A DNA stretch of 64,000 nucleotides, taken from Lama glama. Its lineage: Eukaryota. The stretch is taken from contig CM052817.1 of assembly GCA_028534125.1 (NCBI GenBank), positions 65,660,001-65,724,000 on the forward strand, in the 5' to 3' direction. How positions within the stretch are numbered: the stretch's first letter is position 1; the number at the start of each line of letters is the position of its first letter. A program made the translations under genes and the position numbers. Of this stretch, positions 13,070 to 26,778 are shown piece after piece. The notes beneath the pieces are model-generated. The model ran no database searches. It was given only the letters and a program-made list of their open reading frames with translations, and was not told the origin of the DNA.

Positions 13070-13670
13070 TTCTGGGAGTAGGAGTCAGATACATAAATAA
13101 GTCAGCTATGTAATAATGTCTGTTGGTAATAGTGGAGAAAATAAATTACCCAAGTGCAACGGGCTGTTAAGAGTTGAGAAGTGTTACAATTTTATATAGT
13201 GATCAAAGACAGCCTTGCTGAGAAGGTACAAATGGAACCAAGGCTTCAAGGAGGTAAGGAGCGGCATATAGCTGTGTGGCTCCCTGGGCTGAGAGGGTTC
13301 CCAGATGCTAAGTGGGAGCAGGCACTATGTTCAGAGCACAGCCAAGAAGGCAGGGTTGTGGAAGCCAAGTGAGTGAGGGTAGGGTGTTAATGAGATTGAG
13401 AAATGATGTCAGTTAGAACTTAGGGGCCATTGTAAGGATTCTGGCTTTCACTCAGAGCAAAAAGGAGAGCCATTAAAATGTTTTTAGTAGAAGAGTGTAA
13501 TAATTTCACTTGCCTTTAAAAATAATTCATCTGTTCTCTGTGTGTAGAAATGACTGAACAGAAGGAGTGGGCAGGAGACTATTGCAAGTCGTTCAGGAGA
13601 GATAATGATGGCTAGGACCAGGGTGGAAGTAGTGACAGAGTTGAGATGCCTGGGATATATTTGACAATAA
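13070..13670 (-). mobile_element. L2 LINE fragment
   Basis: GGCCATTGTAAGGATTCTGGCTTTCACTCAGAG...GGAGACTATTGCAAGTCGTTCAGGAGAGATAATGATGGCTAGGACCAGGGTGG resembles antisense L2. Confidence 0.8.
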
Positions 13671-16600
13671 AGATCTAAGCACATATTTTTGAAATACCAT
13701 AGATCAGCAATACTAAGGAATGTCTCAATCTAAGGAAGTATACTTTCCTGGAAAAATTTTATTGCCTAATTAAGCAAGGAAAAATAATTTCAAGTGGTCT
13801 CCTGAGTATTTTGTCACTTCACTATCCTTAGCCCTCCTGGAATCCCAGGACTCAGCAACTCTTTGGATAAATAGGTGGACCATAAACAATGATCTCTCCT
13901 TCCATATTCATTTAGGAATGTTGTACTTGGCACAATAGATTTCCAGTAGCTAAAGGCTCATTTCCTTAGGTCAACATACCATCTGGCAGTTAACAAAGAC
14001 TTTCCTGATCAACCTGAAGATACAGAGCAAGCTGGTTGGGTAGGAGCAACATCCACCTCTGGAAACCCAGTGGAAGTACTGAGTTTACACTCAATGTGGA
14101 GAGCCAGTGCAATCCCCTCCTCCTAACCAGCCCACCATTCAAAAGAAAGGACAGAAATTAAATAGCAATCATAAGGAATTCTGAGATTTAGAACTCCCTA
14201 GAAGTCAGAAACATAGGGCTTTATACTTTAGTATTTCTGCAAAAATTAACTGCTTGATAGCAGTAAAATTTAGCACTTAACACCAAAGAATAAGTCTTTA
14301 TGTACCTTCAATGGTATAGTTATATAATTGCCATCTTAATGTCTCATATAAAGTCTAAAGTTTCAATAATATTACACATAATATTTATATATGAGTATCT
14401 TATATCCTTATCTTGATCTTAAATCCCATAAAAGGAAGTACTATATCTTGGGATGCCTTCACTCAATAGATATTCCATAAATATTTTTTAAGTTGATACA
14501 TATTTTATATAGCTTTTCCATTTTCTCAGAAAGAAATATTTTAAGGTCAAATATGATAGCACATATTTGAGAATATTCTGAAACAGCAAAACACCATCTT
14601 CAGGATCACATCATTAGGAGTACAAGAATCTTCATTTTCAAACAATGTCCATGGCTACAGAATGCTGGAGGCAGTTCAAAATGCAGCCTCCCTCCACACT
14701 AAGAAAGTCCAGCACAAGTGATGTAAAGATGACAAAAACATTGACTGTGTGTCATTGGGCCAATCATGTCTTATGTATTAACCCATATAACATCAAAATT
14801 TACTTCTCACAATATCAGCTTCCATTTATAGATCTTCACTATGTGCAAACACATTTTTAAGTGTTTTACAAGTATAAAATCTTTCACCGATCCTTTAAAT
14901 GAGAAACAAGGGCTTAGAGGTTAAGTAGTCAAACCATAAGCAAAGATTTCTACCCAGGTACCAAGCTTACACTCTTAACCATCACACAATGTCTGTATCA
15001 TGACTTAAACATAACTATACATGTGTGTCAGTGTGTGTGTAGATGGATTTATACACATCTTTTCATTGTGTCATGCAAATAGTTTTGTTCCAATTTGTTT
15101 GTATCCCTTAACACAGCACATCCAGAATGCATGGATTGTTCTGTTCTGTAACATCACAGTCTTCTGTTTGGTACTTACAGATATGCAAAGGGAACAGTCC
15201 AGGGTTTGAAGCAAGGTTATTTTGCCTAATATGTAGCCGCAAGAAGCATCCAAATATAGCATGGGATTTCTAAAATGCTATGAAGAATGTCTTTGGGCAA
15301 ATTAATAAGACTGGAATTTTCCCACCCCTCAATGCTACTCAGGTACTGCCATTTTCGAGATCCCAGCTTAAAGTTATTTTTTTTAACTATATGTTCCATA
15401 AATGATATATCATGACTTATCAATAATATATTTATAATCATAGACTTATATGCATATATTATAATGTATAATTGTGATAATATAATTATTTGTGTTGTTT
15501 GTCTTTTCCTTTCTAGTAAATAAAATTCTCAGTCATGGGTCAGTTCCTTTTATGTATGGAATTTTAACCAATGACATGAAATAAACTTACAGGTAAAACA
15601 TAAGGGCACATTGCGTTATTTCAGAGAAAGTATGTATGTGTATATATATATAGTTAATTCAGTAAAGCTATAGCTTTACAATTATTATTGGGAAAAAAAA
15701 ACTTTTGACTTTGTAAACCTATACATTTCTGTAGTGGACAGAATGCCCACAGTTCAAGTGATTCAACATTTTCTGGTTTGATATGATAAATTAGAGACTA
15801 TATTAAACATAGTCCTGTTGGAGTTCCCACCACTAGTTACAAAAGCTAAAACAACTTTGGTTATATTTCAAATTTCTGTCTGTCTCAAAACACCAAAATC
15901 TTATTCTTTAGACTCATTTCTAACAATGCATTCTTGAGAAATGAGAATTTGGGAACACAAAAACAACCTCCACTTACATAAACAAATGTGTGTAACTTCC
16001 TTGAGAAAAGTTTGTCGTTTAATTTGTTTTTGAAGGAAGTAATTGATTTTTCTTGGCAGATTTGATAAAAATAACAAGGTCTTGATTGTCTAACCTGGAG
16101 GTCATGTATTCCTCAGGAATCATCAGTGTGTAACTCAGATTTAAGTGAATTCAAGCTCTCCTAGGACTCTCTTTGGATATATGACTACAACGTGCTACCA
16201 TACAGTACCTCTTCTATGAAATTATTAACATAATCAGAATATAAGTAGATATAGAGAGAGAAGGTAAATACATATATATACTTATACACTTAAATACATG
16301 TATAAAGTTGCCTGTATTTCTTATTTGTTTTGTGTGATATGTCAGTATATATGAGAAGAATATATCAGATAGAAATACAGTCATTAAGAATACTTTTCTA
16401 CTAATTTCCCATTAGCTCTGTGCACTTCCATCATACTCAGCTTCACTGATCCTGAATTTTTAAAATTTTGATCAATACTTTTAGCTTTACTGTGTACAAT
16501 GTATGAAGATAGAATTTGAAAGCAAATTAAATAATTCAAATGAGATTGTAAGGTTTTTTTCAACATATAAAATGAAAAACAATTGGTTTACAAGTTTTAC

Positions 16601-16974
16601 ACAATGTAATTAGAAATAATTCTTAATATTTTTATTAGAGGAATTATAGAATAACTTTTACTCTGCAGCATTTTTTAGCAGTCTGTGAACTAAAAAATAA
16701 ATGGAAAATGCATTTAATAAAATTTTTTCTACAATTCGCATTCTAATTAGTTCATATCATCCCTATCTTTAACTCAAATTAATGTAATTTGGGGACATAA
16801 ATTAAAGAGATACTATAGTCGTAGTAAATATGGATTTCAGTAAAACTTTATGAAGTAAATAATCTTAATATCCATAATTTCCTTATCAAACTTATGAAGA
16901 AACTTTGAACAAACACATTTAAACAGTATTGGTCAATGACAACTCACAGTGAGGACTTTAATGTTGGACTTGCA

Positions 16975-17080
16975 AACAATATTAGGTTGAGAACACAGAG
17001 GGCATGCTGATGAAAATTTAAGATGACATGCAGATTCTTCAAAAAGGAGAATTAATATAACTGGTAATTTTGAATTGGAA
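16975..17080 (+). mobile_element. CR1/L3 LINE fragment (RT catalytic region)
   Basis: ACACAGAGGGCATGCTGATGAAAATTTAAGATGAC translates to EGMLMKI*DD, a decayed form of the CR1 KFADD motif region. Confidence 0.55.
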
Positions 17081-17081
17081 G

Positions 17082-17344
17082 GTGTGATTCCACTTATCTG
17101 AGACACCTAAAGTAGTCAAATTTTATAGAAGAGAAAGTATAATGGTTTTGCCAGGGGCTAGAGGGAGAGGGGAATGGAGACCTGTTATTTAATGTGTTTA
17201 TAATTTCAGCTTTGCAAGATCAAAAAGCTGTAAAGACTGGTTGCACAACAGCATGAATATACTTAACACAACTAAACTGTAAACTTAAAAATGGTTAAGA
17301 TAGTAAATTTTATGCCATATGTATTTTACCACAACTTTTAAAAA
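17082..17344 (+). mobile_element. L1MB-type 3'UTR fragment
   Basis: GATTCCACTTATCTGAGACACCTAAAGTAGTCAAA...GCCAGGGGCTAGAGGGAGAGGGGAATGG...ACTTAAAAATGGTTAAGATAGTAAATTTTATG...TATTTTACCACAA. Confidence 0.9.
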
Positions 17345-17379
17345 CGTCAATTGTGATATTACCTAACTAAGGAGCAGAT

Positions 17380-17700
17380 GTCAGAGCAATTATGTTTTTT
17401 TAAGAACAAAAGAAGTTTTGAATTAGACAGAAGATAGCCACAAATTGTATTTAATCAAGAGGGCATTTGTAACATGAGTCCAGAAAAGTAGTAAACTTAG
17501 GTCACAGTACTTCATGTAGCAAGCCCTGTTCAGGGAAAGGAAGTTTTATTCTACTTTGTGCTGGTTACATCGTATCTTGAGTATTTCATCCAGTTCTGAG
17601 CATTGTATTTAAAGAGGTACATTTTCAAATCAAAGGCATTTAAAGGAGATCAAACGCAATGGTGAGAAATCTGAAGCCATGTCATACTGCAGCAGGAAGA
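17380..17700 (+). mobile_element. CR1/L3 LINE fragment (ORF2 C-terminal region)
   Basis: From about 17549 translates to FYFVLVTSYLEYFIQF*ALYLKRYIFK, a decayed match to CR1 LYxALVRPHLEYCVQFWAPHxKKDIxK. Confidence 0.7.
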
Positions 17701-18230
17701 GTGAAGCATTTCAGGTTTGGGGCTCTGTTACAGGAAACAACTGGGTCTGAAAACCAAGCTCCATCACTGACTAACCTGTGAGCAAGCTCTTTAACTTCTG
17801 GAACTACTTCTTGAGTCATCTCCTATAAAATTATCACCCCCCCAAAAAACTAAGAATCTATAATATCCAAAGGAAAAAACACATAGTGTAATTTGCAAAG
17901 TGGTCTTAGAACTCTAAACAGGAAGGTATACTTTTCTCCCACTTGAATATTTTCTAACTCTTATTTCTTCTAAGCATGACTGCAAAGTCTGCATAGAATT
18001 AATATCAAAGTATTTGTTATTAGTTTTGATTCACCCAACAAGTTTTTCTTTTTTTTAGTATCTGCTTAAAAAGAGTTGACACAAATCTGACTTTTGCTAT
18101 TTCTCTGTCCACATACTGGCACTGAGGGTTATGCCAACAAACTCTGGAGATGGATCATTTGTTAATTATTGCAATTCCACAGTAGCTTGCTAAGCCTCGA
18201 CAAGTTGATTATCATCAATTTTATTTTATG

Positions 18231-18930
18231 CAAACTTTTTATTGAAGCGTAACATGCAAACAAAATGTGCACAAATCTTAAATAAACAGCTTGATGATTT
18301 TATACAAAGTGAACCCACTATGTTACTACCAATAAGATTAAGACACAGCACTCTAAAGTACCTCCTGTTTTCCATTTCCAGTCACAAGTCCCTCATAGGT
18401 AACTACTAACCTGAATACTAACACCAAAGATTGGCTTTGCCTATTTCTGAATCTTATATAAATAGAGTAATAAATATGTGCTCTCTTGCAACTGACTCTT
18501 TTCCCTCAAAATTATACTTGTGAGATCCACCCATATTACAGTATACTGTTTTAATTCACTTATTCTTATTGTTATATAATAATCCCTCGTACAAGAACAC
18601 AAATACGTATCCATTCTACTCTGAATAGATATTGGTTTGCTTCCATTAGGGTTGTTAAGAATTACGCTTCTGCAAGCATTCATACAACTGTCTCTTGATG
18701 AATGCATGGGTCTATTTCTGTTGGATGTATACACACAGAAGTGGAACTGCTGAGTTATAGGCATGTGTATATTTAGCTTCAGTAAATATTGCCAAAAGGT
18801 TTTCCAAAGCAGTTGTACCAACGGTTGCCTATCATCAGCAGAGTATGTTTGTCTGATTTTCTGGCCAACATGCAGTTCTCTCAGTCTACTTCATTTTAGC
18901 CATGCTGGTCAAGGTGCTGTGGCAATCACA
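18231..18930 (-). mobile_element. L1ME-type 3' region
   Basis: TTTTTATTGAAGCGTAACATGC...TGTGCACAAATCTTAA...GAAGTGGAACTGCTGAGTTATAGG...TTTTCCAAAGCAGTTGTACCAA; accounts for ORF 18441..18821. Confidence 0.85.
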
Positions 18931-19339
18931 ATTTTTAAAAAGAAAATTAGATTAGCCTCTAAAACAATGAATCACTGTCTAGAGAACAGGAGATCAGGGT
19001 AGAGACAAAATCCCTGGCTCATAGTGCTAATATTCTTCCAGACTCACTAGAAATAAATTTTAGGAGCTATCTATGTGGGCAAAGCCATATCTAATACAGT
19101 GGGACAGAAAAAGAGAATATTGCTAACACCAAGTTACACCACTGGATGAAGTAACTTACTTTATTAAGACTGTGTGGATGACAGCATTTCCATTTAATTC
19201 ATTATTTATTTATTTACTATTGTATGCAAGGCTCTGAAACTAGTGTACAGCTAAGCAAGGCAGACCTCCTTCTCTGATTAATTAAAAAACACAAGGAAGA
19301 AGAGGACGAAAGAAGAAACCACTTTAGTAGTTAAAAACC

Positions 19340-19520
19340 ACTACATTTAAGAAACTATGCTAGGTTCTATCACTTAATTATCATAATCACGAGAAGGAAG
19401 TAGTTTTCTTGCATCACACATATAAATAAGCCCAAGTTCCGTGAGTTTAAGTAGCATGCCCTAAATCACACAGTTAGAAATTAGAACCCAGTTCCATCTG
19501 GCCTCAAAGGACTCTTCATC
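19340..19520 (-). mobile_element. MIR SINE (degenerate)
   Basis: GAGTTTAAGTAGCATGCCCTAAATCACACAGTTAG...TTAGAACCCAG. Confidence 0.6.
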
Positions 19521-19809
19521 TCAGTTTGCCATAACTACAGCAAGTGGCTGAAATGCCAATAAATTGCTACAATGATTCACAACCGCAAATAGCAAAAAGT
19601 TAGAAATAAATGGCAAGATCTAGAAGGTTTTCTAAAAGATAGGGCTTCTCCACCAGGCCCTGGGAAGATAAGACTGGGCAAGATAATAGAAGAAAACTCT
19701 TTTAGAAAGGATTATGAGACGAAATGAGCTTAGAAATTAAAGAAAGGCTTAAGATTGTTTTTTTTTAATCTAAGCCAAACAAAAGATTAATTAAATGAAA
19801 TTTATAACG

Positions 19810-20240
19810 ACAACTGGCTCCCTCTCTTCTGTTCTCCCTCTTCCAATGCTTCTACACTGCACCTTAAAGTAATCTTGAAAGACACAAACCTGACAGCTCA
19901 CTCTGTGGTTGAAAATTCTTCCCTGACTGCACTGGCCCTGAGGGTAAATTAAAGTCCAAACACCTTGAAAGGCACAGAAGCCTGCAGGATCTGGGCCTCC
20001 TTTCTTTGTCATGCCACATTTCATCCATAGGGATCCTCTTTAAATTTCTTAAAACCACCATGCTCTTTTCCCTCAGGTTCTATCTAACGCTGCCTCCCCC
20101 TGCCAGAAATGTTCTTTTCCTCCTTTCTGTGCAATTGTTCAAAATCTATTTTTCTCAGACTCTAAACTCCTTGAAAATGGGGATCATGTATTTGCCTTCT
20201 CTGCTGCATTTACCAGTTCCAGTTGACTCTGATTTTTTCA
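19810..20240 (+). mobile_element. L2 LINE fragment
   Basis: ACTGCACCTTAAAGTAATCTTGAAAGACACAAACCTGA...TAAAGTCCAAACACCTT...GCCTGCAGGATCTGGGCC. Confidence 0.75.
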
Positions 20241-21632
20241 CTCAACACGTGTAATTACACATTATGAAAGATCCTTTGGAAAGCATCATTTATGGGACTT
20301 GAAATCCCTGGCACAGCCATTTAATATTTTTTTCTTGTCTTGGGAAGGGATGAAATTAAAGGGCTGTTACCTATTTTTCTCAGGCAAGGTACAGCAAAAT
20401 TTCTGGATTTCTGAGACCCGCCCAAAAAATAGAGTGAAAAACTAAAAAAAAGAGAAGAGATCATGTAATATACACACCATTCAAGCCCCTTTGTTGAAGA
20501 ATTATGATTATTTTGAACAGAGAGAAAAAAGAATCAAATGAGGTAAGAAGGTTGAGAATGAAGATCACCAAGAAAACGGTCATTTCTTCCAAGAAGTTAG
20601 GGGAAGGAAAAGGGTCAGGACACTCCCCAGAAATAACTGCTCGTCTGGACTCGCGGAGCTTTCTTCCCCACTGGCAGGCAGGGATACCAGAGCTGAGAGG
20701 CAGGGTCGCTGTACAGCTAAAGCACATCACATTAGGCAGCAGACAGACATAAAGTTGGAAATAACGAATATACAGGTACCAATTAAATTGGAAACAAAAA
20801 GATCATAAACTCTTTGGCTGTGTCTATCCTTATAGAGTGAGTAATTTTTTGACAGAATGCAATAAAAAAGAATCCGAGTTGCCAGAGAGGAGAGGCAGCT
20901 CTAATTTAGGTAAGCTGTGGATTACTATATGCTTAGCCTACAGTAATCCCTTCATAAATATTTGTTGAATTAATAAGTAGATGAGTCAACAGAGGTGATG
21001 TCAGCCTAATCAGGTATTTTAAAAATGGTTTACACATAGTAATTTGTTAAATCCATAAATACATTGACTCATTCAGGAATAAATCCTATATAAATACACT
21101 GTTGTCATAAAAGTACTGGGCAATTTCAGTGTGTCTTCAAGCATCATGCTGAATCTTTTCAATCAGACAAATCCTTAATTCATGGACTACTCAGTATTAT
21201 GGTTTCAGTTTATTTTTATTTCGTAAGTACAAGAAGAACTGAGCTTTGCTTGGATAATTGGTTTTCTGAGCTGTCTTTTGTTTCAGCAGACAGGAGAGAT
21301 GTGAAGGAGAAATGATCTATTGTAGAAAGTTCAGGATATTTCTAAAAACAAGTGACAGAGGTCTCTAATACTGTCTCTTTGAACTCAGCTCTACACAGGA
21401 AAAGATAAGAGACACAATATGAGATTACAGTAGTTTACTTTATAGGAATAGGACATTTATTTACTTATTATTTTTGTTGGTTTTGAGATGTCTCAAATTT
21501 CACTTAAAAATCAGGAAGAATAAATAAGGTGATCTGTTGCCCCACAAGGTAAACAGAGAGCTCCTATCATGTTTCCTGGTACTGGGTCCCATCTACAGGC
21601 TATCAGACACTCTTCCTTTATTAAAATTAGAA

Positions 21633-21855
21633 ATAATAAAAGCAACTGACATTCATCACATAGTTGTGCCAGCACTGATCTAAGGCTTTATTTAGATTAA
21701 TTCATTTAATTCTCACCCTGACTCTGAGAGGTGGGTACTTAGTTATCAACCTCCTTTGGTAGATGAGGAACCAAAGAGACAGAAAATTTAAGTAAGTTGT
21801 TTTAGGTTATTCAAAGTGGTGGCAGAGTTGGGACCTGATCCTGGATCTGTCCTAG
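21633..21855 (-). mobile_element. MIR SINE
   Basis: TCATTTAATTCTCAC...AGATGAGGAACCAAAGAGACAGA...TAAGTAAGTTG...GTGGCAGAGTTGGGACCTGATCC. Confidence 0.8.
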
Positions 21856-22399
21856 TAATAATGTTAGTAATTCCATTATACGCAATAGAAATTCCTTTTT
21901 CAGGAAAAAACATGGATTTAAAGTTTATTAACCACCTCCAATATTTTCTTCCCCAGCCCATCCTTTCTAGAGCATGTGGAATGAGATACAAACAAGACAG
22001 TAAACTATTCTCTTTCTAATTTCTAAGGACAGTTTTTAAACCAAGAGAGCATCCATTTGATATTTTAGCAAGTTATCTGAGATCAGGACTTTAAATTAGC
22101 AGGTTGAACCATACAACATTGTTGGTATTACCAGTCAAAATTCATAATTGTTGAAGTTACTGATAACTTCATACAGTTCAACCTATTAAGTTTCAGTTTC
22201 TCTCTGTGGTACTTCAACCCAGAGTGGCTACAGTAAAGAAGGCAAATTAAAAATTTCATGTACAATCCAGAATTATCTAGAGCCCAGCAAAGGGGGGATA
22301 AAACAGAAGTCACAGCCACCATATTCAAGGAACTTAGAATAAGTTCATACAAGAAACAGTCAGGGCCATTGTAACACAAATAATCATCACATCATCATG

Positions 22400-23560
22400 A
22401 AACTGTAGGTGAAGAAAGCTACAGAAATTTAGGTAAAAGCATGGATTTGAGCTTTGAGAAAACGGATTGGCAAAAAAAGGGCAGAAGGAACAGCATCGTA
22501 AAGAGCAGACAATTGGGGACCATCAAGAAGTGTGAGGTATGTGGAGTCCAGAAAGGAGAAACGACTAGTTGGGTCTTGAATTCATGGGATCCATGAGGAG
22601 TTCAGGCTAGACAGGTAAGAAAGAAAAGCAGAAAGTGGGAGGAGAAACCTGGACTTGATTCTCCCAGGAGTGCTATTTGTCTTTTCCATGAGATTCTTGC
22701 TCATAAAGCCACATGATCTAGGAGGAATAAACTGGTAACAGGCACAGTATTAAGAGACTAGGGTAGAGCAACAAGCATCCAGAGTCAAGTGTGAGGGCCA
22801 GGGGTGGGGTGGTAAAAATGAGAACAACATTTTGAATTCAACATGTTGAATTAGAGACAGAGTTTGAAGGAAGAAGTAAAAGGACTTGATTTTTGATTTG
22901 ACCTACGGAGTCGAAAAATGACTCTAAGATACTGAACCTAAGTGATTAAGAAAAATGGGGTTTTATTGTTTAAAAGAAAAGTAAAATGGGAAAGAATAAA
23001 AGGTTGAGGAGATGATTTATTCTAATCAATATAGAAAGCAATACACGCTTATTATTGCCTGCAGGCTGTCTCAAGTATTGAGCGCTGAGGAATGTTAGAA
23101 TGTACACACATGCACACATATGTGTGTGTATTATACTTACTGAATCTTTGAAACAGTGTTGTAAGAAAATTATCAGTATTTCAATCTCATAAGTAAGGAA
23201 ATGGAGACTCAGAGAGGTAAAATAATTTTCTCAAAATTGCACAGCACTAAGTATGTATGACTCCTAAGAACAAAGCCAATACTCTTTCACCTATTTCACC
23301 CAAGTGGAATTTGAAATGACAGCTGAAACTTCAAGTGGCTAAATCTTAAATACAGCAGAGAAGAGAAGACTAGAGCTAAAATGAGAAGAGAAGACAAAAT
23401 CACTGAATTTGGAAGTCATCAGGACGGGCTGGGCTTTGAAAGTAGGGTTTAGAACTACAGGAGGAAGACGAAGGAAACAAACTAAAATCCTGGAAGTTAC
23501 TTAGAGTAATGGATAAGGTACAGAGGACAGGTCAAAAAAAGTAAGAGAACCAGAGAGCAA
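22400..23560 (-). mobile_element. Degenerate L2 fragments interrupted by a MIR (about 23040-23270)
   Basis: Purine-rich L2-like antisense sequence (AAAAATGACTCTAAGAT...GAACCTAAGTGATTAAGAAAAATGG); MIR core AAGGAAATGGAGACTCAGAGAGGTAAAATAA. Confidence 0.55.
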
Positions 23561-25169
23561 GACTGTTGGAGAGAACAGTACTACACGTCTCAGTTATCTA
23601 TCAAGTATGCACTGAATATTCATAAACCTCCAATAAATGGCAGCTTCTGTGACTATAGTAGGGGACAAACCTCTGCCTTCATGGAACGAGGAGGGGAAGA
23701 AGACTGACGTCCACCTAAATCATCACATCTACAGTTGTACATTTTTTAAATGCTACTGTGACAGTTTAGAGTAAGGGGTTCAGTTGGGATGGAGTGGAAG
23801 GGTTTACAGGTTTCCTTGAGAAAGGGACAAATGAATTGACATCTTAAAGGTCCAAAGGAAGTCAAACAGCTGAAAGTTGTTGTAGGCAGAGGGGACTACT
23901 GCCGTAGAGTTAGAACATGCTCAAAAGGTGAGTGTCCACAGAAGCAACCCACATTTGCAGGATCAAAGACTTCTGGAGCGTGGGCTGTCCCATCCTGGAC
24001 TTCTCAGAATCTCCACTGTGTGAGGTTTACTGTTATGAAGACAGCTTCCAGCTGCGCCTGACCACAAAAGGAGTTCTGAACCGGCGCTTCTGGACTCTCC
24101 CCACAGTTTCACTTGAAGACACAGAAGACCTATCACCAAAACTTCTATTTTTGAAATTTATAAATTGATAATAAGATTTCTGCTAATTAGATTGTCACCT
24201 TAGGATCAAATTACAATGTTAACAGAGAATCTTGGCCTACCATGGCTGACGTAATATACCCCAAAGGGGTACTAAAATGAAAAAAAAGGGGTGAACATCA
24301 GAAAATGTTGAGAGAAATCTATTTCCCAACAATCCCTGATGCTTGTGCTCTGTTTCTTTTTCTCTTATCTTTAGTTCCTAAATGGAATGGAGCAGCAGCA
24401 AAATGCAAGTCTTTGTCCTATGAAGAAATAAAACCCCACAGCCCTGTCCACCTTTATGTGGTCATAAAACGGGCAGAAGAGCAAGACGGTGGTGTTGCTC
24501 AGAAAAGTACCACACCCCTATGTTAGTGAGCTGAGCAATTTCCCTATGGTTACTTGTATTGTCATAAACATCACATTTTAAGGAAGCTGCATTTGCAACA
24601 AGCCAGTGGATTTGGGGGAGCACATATCCACTTGGTTAATACATTCTGCATCCTTTGTTAAGAAGTGTCTTGGTCTCCTAGCAACATTGTAGGGAAATCT
24701 ATCAGGGGTATGAAATTAGACGGCCATGTAGGTGGAATACCTGTAGAGTGTTCAGTTTTATGAAAAGCCTTCACTAAAAATTATACATATTATGCAAAAT
24801 GCTGCAGTAATGTAAGGTTATGGTAAAAATTGTTCAACTCCCCCACAAGCAATTCAGAGTTCCACAGTACCCAGTAGACAAGGGTCTACGATGTACAGAG
24901 GAAAAAAAAGAAAGACATTATGTGGGATGCTAGATAGGTTAACCATTCATGATTAGGGAGAATTTTCTCCTCAAAAAGAGATTTCAGGGCATCTTGATCC
25001 AGGCTCTTCTTTGTAAAAAAAACCTTCTCCTAACTTTTCTGCAAATAAATAAAATTAGAATTACAAATTTCAAGAACAAAGATGCAAAGCCCTGCACTTT
25101 GTAGGTAGTGGTTGCAGCCACAAGTCAAATCCTCACCTGTGCAAGGCCCAAGGTGGGCTGTGTTTGAGG

Positions 25170-25280
25170 ACCAGCCTCATGCAGATTCCTGGGCCACAAC
25201 TCCACAACTCTTCCTGGAGAAGTGAGTCCCAGGATCTGCGTGTGACCAAGCTGCCCAGGTGATTGTGAGAAATACTGCTG
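25170..25280. mobile_element. MER5-like hAT-Charlie fragment
   Basis: ATGCAGATTCCTGGGCC...CCCAGGATCTGCGTGTGACCAAGCTGCCCAGGTGATT...GAGAAATACTG. Confidence 0.7.
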
Positions 25281-26349
25281 TATTTTATAGAAAGTATTCT
25301 TAAAGGTGTCTGCCCATTCCTTCACTCAAGGCCATTATTTTCCACTGGAGGATGAGAAAACTTGCTCTTACAAAGGACCAATAATATTTTTCTTCAGCTC
25401 AATTGGATACAGAACAAAAATCCCTTTTAACGACAGAACAAGGTTTTTCTTCTCAGCTGATTTATTTACATGTGTAGTTTTATTCATTTCCTTTGCTATA
25501 CCCTTCCAACTAATTTCATCAAAATTTGTGGTCTACTGTGTATCCACAACAAAATTATAAGCTGGAACTCTTATAGAACTGAATATCCATATATTCTTGG
25601 CTTTTCTGTTTTGGGTGCCGTGTTGGGTGCTGGAGATTTGGTAAGTAGGATAGGTTGCTTCTGTCTATGTGGAACTAGCAGTCAACTGGGAAAGGGAAAC
25701 AAGTAATATGTGTTACAGATGGGTGCTATCAAGATCACTGGCTTAAAATTTTAAACACACTTTAGGTCCTGAAAGACTTTTGATTCTGAATTCTAATTAT
25801 ACTCTTTAAATAAAAAATCAATTGTTTGGTACTATCCATATTTATTTTACAAGCCATCAAAGACAGACAACAGAAGGGTTAAAGATCCAACAAAGAATGG
25901 TTAAATTGTCTTGACGCTTTTGGAAAAATATGAAATGCCCTGGGACAGAGGAAATGATTTCCCCCTTCTCTATGTCAGAGTTTCTCTGTACACCATGTTT
26001 TAATCCTGGATCAAGGATGCAGAGTAGGAAGTGGCAAAAAAAAAAAAATGACCCTGTCAGAGTTTTATAGTTCTGCTTCTTTTATGTTTACTTAAATTAG
26101 GACTAGTTTCCTGATAAAAGTACCTGCTACACTAAGCCAAAAAGCTAAAATCTAATCAGATTTTTAAAAGCAGGATCTTAAGGTTCTCCACATTGGATGC
26201 AGACAGGAGAAAAGAAAATCTGCGGGTAGGAAGTTATTTAAGAAGCTTGATGCAAATTCAAATACAGTCTAAACTGCAGGACAATTTTCTTTCAAAATTC
26301 ACTGTCAAGATTTCTGGGTGGTGGGGGTTCCAGAGTTAGATTGTATCTA

Positions 26350-26778
26350 CGACATGTGTATTCAAACCTGAGTGCCCTTTCTTGGGTCACCTTTCATTTC
26401 ACTAGAGAAGCCAAATGGGAGGTGTCTCCTCTCCCTATTCTTTGGCAGCCAGAGCTTGGGCACGTGAGTCCCAGAGCAGAGACATAAAGGTGCAAGGCCA
26501 GGTATTCTTTGAAGCAGCTGTGATAGAGTGAAGACTCTAATAACTTAAGGAGTGGTGAGTGGTTAATGGTGCAGTGACGCCACTAGCAGCAGCATCCCAA
26601 GCAGAGAGGCCTCAGGAAAGGATTTTACCTGTGCTCTGACTCCTTTGGTTACTACTCAAGCTTCTTCATTCATTCTTCTCATTACTTTTGTGATCTGAAA
26701 CTTTCTAACAAATTCTTTTGCTGCTCAAGTTAACCTGAGTCAGTTACTGTTCTTATGCACTCAAGAACTTGGACTATG
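26350..26778 (+). mobile_element. Old ERVL/MaLR-type (MLT1-like) LTR
   Basis: 3' end AATTCTTTTGCTGCTCAAGTTAACCTGAGTCAGTTACTGTT...CAAGAACTTGGACTA resembles MLT1/LTR33-type termini. Confidence 0.55.

Noticed and set aside
18441..18821. 126-aa ORF (MVQLLWKTFWQYLLKLNI...)
   Set aside because: Off-frame read of a decayed L1 ORF2 end/3'UTR.
24034..24130. Possible minus-strand terminal exon (SSVSSSETVGRVQKRRFRTPFVVRRSWKLSS*)
   Set aside because: Weak acceptor, unrecognised peptide, no linked exons.
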